From contig JAHLWZ010000650.1 of assembly GCA_020536535.1 (NCBI GenBank), positions 1-42,151 on the forward strand: 42,151 nt of DNA. The letters run 5' to 3'. The position numbers and the translations under genes are program-made. Of this stretch, positions 34,301 through 42,151 are shown one piece after another. This stretch comes from Pelomyxa schiedti. Taxonomy: Eukaryota; Protista; Evosea. How positions within the stretch are numbered: the first letter of the stretch is position 1; every line of letters starts with the position of its first letter. A model generated the notes under the pieces. The model had not been told where the DNA came from. It saw nothing but the letters and a program-made list of their open reading frames with translations, and made no database searches.

Positions 34301-37300
34301 ATGTCTTCTCTCCTTTTTCTTGTGACTCTTCAGATGTTCGGGAAGTTGTTTATCTTCTACTTTCAAAAGCACCCCAACCTTCTATCATAGGCAAAGGAGG
34401 CCACTGAGTTTCTCTTTAATACTACTATACCCAATTTAGCGCAATTTCTTTCTAACAAAAGAGTTGCACACCCACCACAAGTACTTCTTTGGTTACTTTG
34501 CTGTTATCACTAACATGATAAGCTTACAGAAGTTGTCCACCGAAATGGCGTCAACCTACGGTATCTTGGACGCATTCTCTTCCACACAGAGGACCAATCG
34601 ATCAGAAGACTTATAATCGGCGAGATTTTGGCCCGAATAGCTAAAAGACAGCTCCGGCAGCTTTTAAGGGATAAAATGAGTGTATGCAGTGACTGTGTTT
34701 TTCTGGTTTTTAATGCTTACTTTCACAGTCAAACAGTGAGAGACTTGAAGAAGATGTCTTCAAACTTTTGACGATTGACTTCCTAAACTCATTGTTGAGA
34801 AGGGATCCCAAAATTTTGGTACACTCCTTGAGTTTTTGGACTCCATCAATGATGGTACTGGCTGTTCTCCTATGGGTATTTACAAATGATCTTTTGCAGC
34901 GAGAAGTTGAAGAGCACTTTTCCTGGGCATGCCGGGCACCTGAATTTGGTTCCTTAGAGGCTGTCCTTGAGTTCGTAAATTTTTGGCAGTTTTTCCGTCG
35001 GGTTTTGGCAATTACTGGGGTATTCTGTTTAATCTATCCCGCGTTATTGTTCATTAGACTCAGGTCTCTCTTACTAAAAAAGCATTGGAAGAGTTCAAGA
35101 ACAACTTGCAGACTGAGTTTACTGTTTCGGATATTAAAAAGGTTTGACAATGTGAAATTTGGTTTTTTCCTTAAGAAAATGAAGATCAAAGTTATGGTGA
35201 AACACATGAACATCCTAAGTTACGATGAAGGCTGCATGCTTTACTTCCAAGCAATCAAAACTGAGTCTTTTGATACATCCAGACGGTTATTTGTGAGGGC
35301 ATGTGAAAAGTTTGAGGAGGTAGCACTGGTTGCATGCTCCGTTTTTATTCAAAGTTACTTCACTAGGGAATCAGAGCTACTCCGGATAATGCAACAATTC
35401 TCAGCATGTACGCCCATGTTCTGAAGGAATTTGGAATCAAGTTGAGCCAATTTCATGCAATGGATATTTCGCGCTTTGAAAGGTTTCCTTCCCGTCATGG
35501 ATTAGGTGTTGACCTAAAAGCTTAGATCTTATGAGTACTATAAAGTTGCCAAAGATTCTGAAGGACTGCTTTCCCTGGCTATTGCTCTTAAACCTCTGAT
35601 ATCTTTGCATGTGAATTTCTTTGTTGACCTTTTTCTCTGTCTTTTACCATTTCACATTCAGAGTGCACTTGAACACATTGCAGATGCAGCACTTGTTGAT
35701 GCGGGTCAAATAAAGCCATCTTTGAATTCCGAAATTGTCAAAGCCCGGGCGTCTCTCAAAATATGCAAGGTATTGGCTATACCTATTGTAATCCCTTAAC
35801 AATCTGGCACTTAACAGGCGCGAGCTTGCCACGACGAACTAAGTTACACTGGAGCAGGTATTAAGTGTATTCATTCACTTTCTCCTATTTTAATTTCCTC
35901 CAGGGGCACTTCTTTCATCATTGACAAATGGAAAACCAACTTGGGTCACTGATAAAGCACCTCTTCATATTATTGCCTCTATGTTTGAAGCCTCTGAACA
36001 TTCAAATAATCTAGAAATCTTCGACTCCATGTGGATTTTTAATAGACGCCATTTCATCCAACAGGTTGTTTTTTCGATAAGCCAACCTGGTCTAACTCAC
36101 TGACAAATCAGGACTTGGTACACCACCTAGTACTTCATGCTAAATTGCAACAACTTTCACTTGCACGATGTGAGGTTGGAAATGGAATGTTGAAGGAGGT
36201 TATGACTCACTGTGTGGGGCTCAAAACTCTTGATCTGACCCACAGTAAATTAGAGGTTCACATGATATCAATTTTCAACTCCTCAAAATTGCTCCCAGCC
36301 AGATACTATTCTTGGAGACGCTTTACGAGAATTTCATTCCCTCTCCAAATTGGTACTCACAAAGTGCTCACCAATACGTGAAAATTCTCTCTGCTCTATT
36401 TCATTCTGCACCCGTCTTACCCACCTTGGACTTGGTAATAGTATGCGTACCAAGTTGAAGTTACTGATGCCAAAACGCAGGTGGTGCCACAGTGAATATA
36501 GATTGTTTTTATGGCATTTGTAAAGCCTGCCCATTTATAACCAAGTTAGAGCTTCGGAAGGCAAAAATCCATACGCACATCCCAGAGCCAGAGCTCCCTG
36601 ACGCCATTTTACCAGGTACATTCATTAGAAGAAAAGAAATTCTATCCAGTGTATTTGATAATGGTGCATAGATTTGCAGCACCTCGATGCGGGGTTTTGC
36701 ACAATGCCAGTTGTCTTACTGAAGAAACTTTTCACTGCTCACAGCAATCTGACATTTCTTTCTCTGATTTCAGTTGGTGTTGTATCTGGTGATGTTGTTG
36801 GTCAAATTTGTGCCAACTGCCCAAGGCTCCAACATATCGATCTAGAAGGATGTCAGATAAATGCGGCCTGCTTTATGTAGCTTTCTTGTTTACACACCTT
36901 TCGTAATAAATGTATTCAGACCTCTCTCTTCTTGTACCCAGCTGGAATACATTTCCTTACCATCCCTGAAATGGAATGGTCTGCAATTCAATAAGGATTT
37001 TTCAAGGTTCATAGGCCAGTGTGCCAGTAGCCTTGTACAATTTCACCTGAAATATGACCCTTCCTCTGGAACTCCAACTCCGTCACAGTTTCTGAGTGAT
37101 ATTGCTAAGTGCAGGAAGTTGACCCAACTCACAGTTTCCAATATGAGAGTTAACACAGAATACTACTTGCGGTATTGGCTCACATCCCACAGGTTTTCGA
37201 TGATTGCATTTCCTCAGTTCTCTCTTCTTGTACCAACATCTCCAGTTTAACTTTGTGTGGTAGTAGCATCCAAGACAAGTAAGTCAATGTTAAAGAGGTC

Positions 37301-40300
37301 TCCGTTTTCCCACATCTGAGTAGGACAATCAGTGCGCTGGCTTTTCTGTCTCATCTCTTGCGACTTGATATATCAAGATGCAGTGAAGTAAAACCTGACT
37401 CCTTTGTGAATCTGGCAAGGTTCTTTCAGTTGTACATTTCTTTGTATTTTCTCCAACCCCTTTCTTCTTTGCGAAAAAAAAAGGTGTAAAACTCTCACAG
37501 CACTGAATGCAAGTAAAACGAATCTCACTGACGAGGCAGCCCTTCGAATTATTTCATCGTGCACTGGCTTGATCAAACTAAAATTGCAGTTTTGTGATAT
37601 TACGGTATAGAGTTATTCCGTTTATCAAGCTAACAACGGTCCAGGATTCTGTCATTTCCTGTATATCAAGGAACTTGCATGATCTTCGAAGCTTGGACAT
37701 AAGCAATTGTGGATTCGTTACATCAGTGGAGGTGGGAAGGAAATACAACAGCCCTTTTCCTAACACTCGATACAGCCATTGGTCTCGGGTTGTCCGTTCT
37801 TAGAGTCTCTTGTTCTTTATGGATGCCTCCATTTAACTGACTCTTCTGTTGCTGTAAGCTCCTTTTTTCTTTTTTTTTTTATGGAAACTAAGGAATATTT
37901 CCAGGCCATCACCCGACTGCGTAATTTACGTAAGCTCAACCTAGCCAAGTGCCAAAAGATCACTGATGAATCTTTGCAAGCAATAAAACAAAACATGATT
38001 GCTTTGAAGGTTTCTTGCCCCTTAATCTTACCTAGAAGCTTTTTAATTATTGCAATCACAGTCTCTTGTGATAGGGAACAATAAGTTTTCCAATGATGCT
38101 ATTATCACTTTGGCAAAAGAAAGACCTGATTTGTCTTTACCACACCGTGAACCCACCCCAAGGTCTCAAGTAGATATATTTATTTCACTCACAGAATTTC
38201 AGTTGTGAAATCAAACCAATCATTTCCGAGAACGCAAAAAAGAGGTTACTGCTCGAACTTAAACAACTGAATGCTTGTGACTATCCATACGTCAGTGCAT
38301 GTCCTCTTGAGCACAACTTGTTTGTGTGGCACGCTAATCTAGTTGGTGTTGGTGCGATTCGATACTCCCTTCACTGGTTGCATTAACCCGTTCCCCAGAG
38401 GAAACACCTTACGCCAATTTTATCTTTCATATCGAGCTTGAGTTTCCACAGGACTACCCGGCATCCCCCCCCAATGCCAAGTTATTAAATGTACTTTGTG
38501 TCTTTTTGTATGAAAACACTTGTAACTCTTTTGTCAGCCTATTCCTCATCCACACGTTCACGGTGGAAGGTATTGCCTGGAAAATTAAAACCTGAAATCT
38601 TTCCTTACCCTACTCAGAATATGCATGAATCTTTTAGGAGATTATGGTGGCTACTTTAAGCGTACTTCTGGCTCAAATGGATGGAGCAATGCATACACTG
38701 TGGAACAAATTCTCTTGCAATTACAAAGTAACACCTTTTAAGAAAAAAAAAAAAGAAAAAACCAAACCCCTTGCAACACTCAGTTCTTATACCCTTTCTA
38801 AACCATTGCACTTTCCAGCATTTCTCTTCTGCTTTGAGGATGCTGACACCGGGACTTTCTCCTACAATAAACACAGCCCCCAACTCTTGAATAAGGCGAA
38901 TGAATTTGCATGGTTTGTCCAATCTTTATTCCTTTGATTTTCCAACACTTTTTAGCCCTATTTGCCCTCACAAACCTGGAAGTCCACATCCCCCTATTCT
39001 TACCCATTACGAGGTAAATTGCCTCCTTCTTGTTCCTACTTATTTCGTTAGCCTCCCTGGCACTTCACACCTGAGGAGCAATTTAGATGCTACCACACCC
39101 ATGCATCTTATATTGAAGACGTTTTGGGATTCGGTGTTAACGTTTCCTACTACAGGTCTTCTAATTCGGCTCGAGACTTTTACTAAATGAAAAACAAAAA
39201 GGAATGGCATAATAGAAGACGCTATGGTTTTCCCCGATTTTCTTGGACACCATGCATTCAGTGCTGTGCAAGTTCGCAGTTCACCTTTGAATGAGTCATT
39301 TAACCACTGGATCCCAATTTGTAAACATTGAAATGTACTTCACTTTCAGTAACACCACCCAAGATATTAATGCTCTTCACGGTGCCAAGATGAAACAATT
39401 TGTTTATGAATCGGTCTCCCATGTTTTCTACAATTCCTTTTCGTCTGTTCCTGTTGACGTCAGGCACGTATTGGATGTTATACCGGCGATAATGAATGGC
39501 CTTGTGGTTCAGATTTGCAAGAAAACTCAATATCGTATTTTGCCTGGAGCTCAAACTTTTACTAATGTTTCTCCACTGCACACTAGCTTCAATAAAGCTT
39601 CTTCATGCTTACTGTCATTTCCATCGCCTGTTTTTAATGTTTGGTCTTGAAAATCCTTGCCTATGTGCCCAGGTCAATGCTGGAATAGAACAATTTATTA
39701 ATACTCCTGCGGCAAGATTAAAAAAGGTTTGTTCTTTTTCTCTATTTCTAAATTTGAGTACTGTGCAGAGTACCCCAAATCTTGGCCGATTTTTACACTT
39801 GCTCCTTATCAGCAAATTTTCTTGGGAAGATGTATCTTTACCTTACCTGGATGAATCTTTTGATCGACAAGTACTAAATATAATCAAGAAAGATCCAGGT
39901 AGCTCCATAAAAGTTTCCCCTTTGTTAACATTGACGCAGGGTTGGAATACGTTGGCAATCCACATGTGAGGAATTTTTTTTTTTTTCACTTCCATTAAGA
40001 CCATTTTAGATTGAATCAAAAAGACTGGAAGCAACTAGAATCCACACTGCCACATCCACAAAGCTTCTCCTCTTTTTCGTTTTTTTCTTAAACAGAATCG
40101 GAAGGTTAGCTTACGTAGATGTTCTAGTTTAACAGTTTGAACTGCCTTAGGCCTAAGAACTCTGACATGACCTCCATAGCTTCTCAATATGACCGAAATT
40201 TTGGCCGCCCTAATATTACTGACGAGGAGCTTTGCGCTGCGGTTTCTGATATTATGGGTGTTAGCACTTGGCCAGGTAAACAGTCACTAAATTATCTAAA

Positions 40301-40476
40301 CTAATTTTCAAAAAGGGTTCTTTGGCAGAATTGGCATTGTATACCCAAGTGATGCAGTACTTACCAAGCAATTAAGTGAGAGTGTCATGCGCAGTGCACA
40401 GAAGGGTTATCACAGGCCCTGCACTCCACAACTTATTATGGTCTATCCACCTTCACCTTACCCATACTTTGGGTAA
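31329..40476 (+). CDS. Multidomain protein: hydrophobic N-terminus, acidic/disordered region, Clu domain, helical region, LRRs, ubiquitin-conjugating (E2) domain, C-terminal domain (multi-exon)
   Basis: Clu motifs GGTAGGIKY, FKLATD, KGAGHELKG, DYRGFRLVA, LLYGSS, HGPCDIEGH, HRNGVNLRYLG at ~33050-35200. Cys-containing LRRs (CPRLQHIDLEGC, LRSLDISNC, LRKLNLAKC) at ~36100-38130. UBC motifs KRLLLEL, WHANLVG, FPQDYPASPP, HPHVHGGRICMNLL at ~38230-38730. The domain junctions I traced splice in frame. Confidence 0.8.
31510..31840 (+). repeat. GAG/GAT-rich trinucleotide tract encoding poly-Glu/Asp
   Basis: gaggaggag/gatgag runs giving DEDDEDEDENEEEDE and EEEEEEEE. Confidence 0.85.
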
Positions 40477-40645
40477 GTATCAACACCACGTAAGGCCTTT
40501 TTCACAAACAAAAAAAGGCCACAACACAACTACACAATTTTGGCTAAATTTTGTTGGTGCTAAATTAAAAATCGCACCAATAACACCTTATTCTTCCTAT
40601 TTATTCTGATTTTGTTTGTTCAGATAGATGGTAGAGGGTGCGTTT

Positions 40646-41827
40646 TTAGGACTTGTCCGACTTTGGTGTTGGTTTTTCCTTTTCCGTGACAGTTGCACCA
40701 GAGTACACCAGCTTTGCCAGAATGGACTGCAGCTCCTTGGTGGATTCATCGTCACTATCACCCTCTACATCCTCATCCACAGCAGGCAGGTTCCCACCAC
40801 CACCACCACCACCAGAAAACATAGCGGCGCTGGAGAGGGCGTAGTAGCTCCTAGGGGCGGGGGCACTGGGCTGGGTCCTGGCCCGCTTGGTAATCTTCCT
40901 GCGGCTCCGCAAGTACGCGCTCAGCAGGGCGTTCCTCTGCTCGTCCTCCTCGTCCCCGTCCTCATACTCCTCCGCGCCGTCCCCGCCCTCCTCCCCGTCC
41001 CCGTTTCCACTGCCACTGCCGTTGCCAGTGCCGTCCTTTGGTGCCTCGGCGCCGCCGGCCTTGCGGGCATTCTCGGCCGCTTGCATTTCCTGCCATTCCT
41101 CCAGGGCCTGCAGGTCCTCCTCCGACACAAGGGGGGCCTCCGGCGTGCCCGCGCTCCCGCTGGACCGCCTCCCTCTCCCCCTCGCAGCAGCGGAGGCCGT
41201 GTAGCGAGATCCTCCCTCCTCCTCCTCTTCCTCCTCTCCCTCGTCCTCCTGCTGGTCGTCCTCCTCCTCCTCTTCTTCGTCGTCTTCGTCGTCATCCGAG
41301 GGCTGCTCCTCCGAGGACGAGTCGCTGTCGGCGCCCATGGCCAGGGCCAGGGCCTCGGGGTCCCACAGCTCCTCGGTGGGCTTGACCGCGATCGGGTTGG
41401 CGTCCGCCTCGGCCGCGGCGGCGGCCTCGCACCCGGTGCCGTCGTCGTCGAACCGCAGGTGCTTGGGCTGGCACTTCGCGTCGCCCTCCCGCAGCCTCAG
41501 CACCGCGCCCTTGAGGTGGTGCCGCCGCCCCCTCGTGCGCCTCGCCCTCTTCTGCGGCACCTGCCTGGCGCCCGCCCCGCGCCCCGCCTCGTCCCCGCCG
41601 CCCCCGCCAGCTTCCTCGTCGACTGCAACGTTGGCCTCCGCATCTCGTCGAGTGGTGGTGGGTGCCGAGGTATTGTTCGTTGTCGTCGTCGTGGACGACG
41701 TGGTTGTTGGGGCTGTGTCGATGACGAAAGGAATGACTTCATCGGAAGTGGCCGAGATAGGAGCTAAACTCATCGTTGCAGGGGCTTCCGACGAAGAGGC
41801 CGGTGCCGCGGTCTGGTCTTGTTGCAT
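40646..41827 (-). CDS. Acidic, low-complexity, probably disordered protein with basic NLS-like patches (single exon)
   Basis: 393-aa ATG-initiated ORF, GC-rich. Poly-E/D tracts; KRARRTRGRR and RSRRKITKRAR patches. Confidence 0.7.
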   Translation of the reverse strand: MQQDQTAAPASSSEAPATMSLAPISATSDEVIPFVIDTAPTTTSSTTTTTNNTSAPTTTRRDAEANVAVDEEAGGGGGDEAGRGAGARQVPQKRARRTRGRRHHLKGAVLRLREGDAKCQPKHLRFDDDGTGCEAAAAAEADANPIAVKPTEELWDPEALALAMGADSDSSSEEQPSDDDEDDEEEEEEDDQQEDEGEEEEEEEGGSRYTASAAARGRGRRSSGSAGTPEAPLVSEEDLQALEEWQEMQAAENARKAGGAEAPKDGTGNGSGSGNGDGEEGGDGAEEYEDGDEEDEQRNALLSAYLRSRRKITKRARTQPSAPAPRSYYALSSAAMFSGGGGGGGNLPAVDEDVEGDSDDESTKELQSILAKLVYSGATVTEKEKPTPKSDKS

Positions 41828-42151
41828 CGTTTAATTAATCCTAGCAGATCTGGTGCAACTGCATTTCTATCATCAAAAAGAAAGAATTGGTTGAGACCCT
41901 CTTGCAGATGGAGACAGAGGCCTCGAAGTTCTCGTTGCTGCAAGTGCATGCACACAACACCCATGCGTCTCGTATTTGACCACCCACCCACACAGGCGGA
42001 CTTTCTGGCGCAGGACGACCCAGTGGTCATTGTCTGGGACTGCCCAAGTGTGCACACTTTTTATCGGGTTTATTAGTTTTCTCAGTCCAGAGACGAGGAA
42101 CTGAGACGGAAAAAAAAGGCGTTTTCTACAAGACCATCGGCCACGGGGTGC

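Noticed and set aside
40628-41834. 379-aa and other plus-strand ORFs over the acidic gene
   Set aside because: Shadows of GC-rich, low-complexity coding sequence (poly-Leu/Ser from GAG repeats).
1-42151. Alternative genetic code or stop-codon read-through to explain fragmented ORFs
   Set aside because: Short introns account for the stops and frame changes wherever traced. Genes end in TAA, TAG and TGA.
41830-42151. Possible 3' end of another gene or extra upstream exon at the right edge
   Set aside because: Short ORFs with no recognisable motif; cannot be supported without flanking sequence.
1-42151. tRNA, rRNA, snRNA or transposon sequences
   Set aside because: No cloverleaf, rRNA-like segment, transposase or RT motif, or terminal repeat was seen by eye. 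A covariance-model scan would be needed to exclude small ncRNAs.

Overview
Gene-dense, intron-rich eukaryotic DNA with very short (about 40-110 nt) spliceosomal introns. It is most likely an amoebozoan protist and Pelomyxa/Archamoebae-like in style (inference). Left to right: a 574-bp near-identical second copy of the HSP70/LanC-like head-to-head promoter, then a 100-N gap; a small hypothetical gene; cytosolic HSP70 (-) divergent from a signal-peptide-bearing, bacterial-type LanC-like gene (+); a Kelch + coiled-coil gene (-); a low-complexity gene (-); an F-box + MORN gene (-); a ~15.4-kb gene (-) that splices into about 27 tandem copine-type C2 domains with no vWA domain; a YdaD-type SDR (-); a ~9.1-kb gene (+) apparently fusing Clu, LRR, an HPH-type E2 (UBC) and a further C-terminal domain; and an acidic disordered ORF (-). 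The main candidates for undescribed biology are the giant poly-C2 protein, the Clu-LRR-E2 fusion and the HSP70-linked secreted LanC-like enzyme. Splice signals are relaxed: several GC donors, one apparent GA donor and poly(A)-preceded acceptors. All exon structures were inferred by eye, without transcript data.
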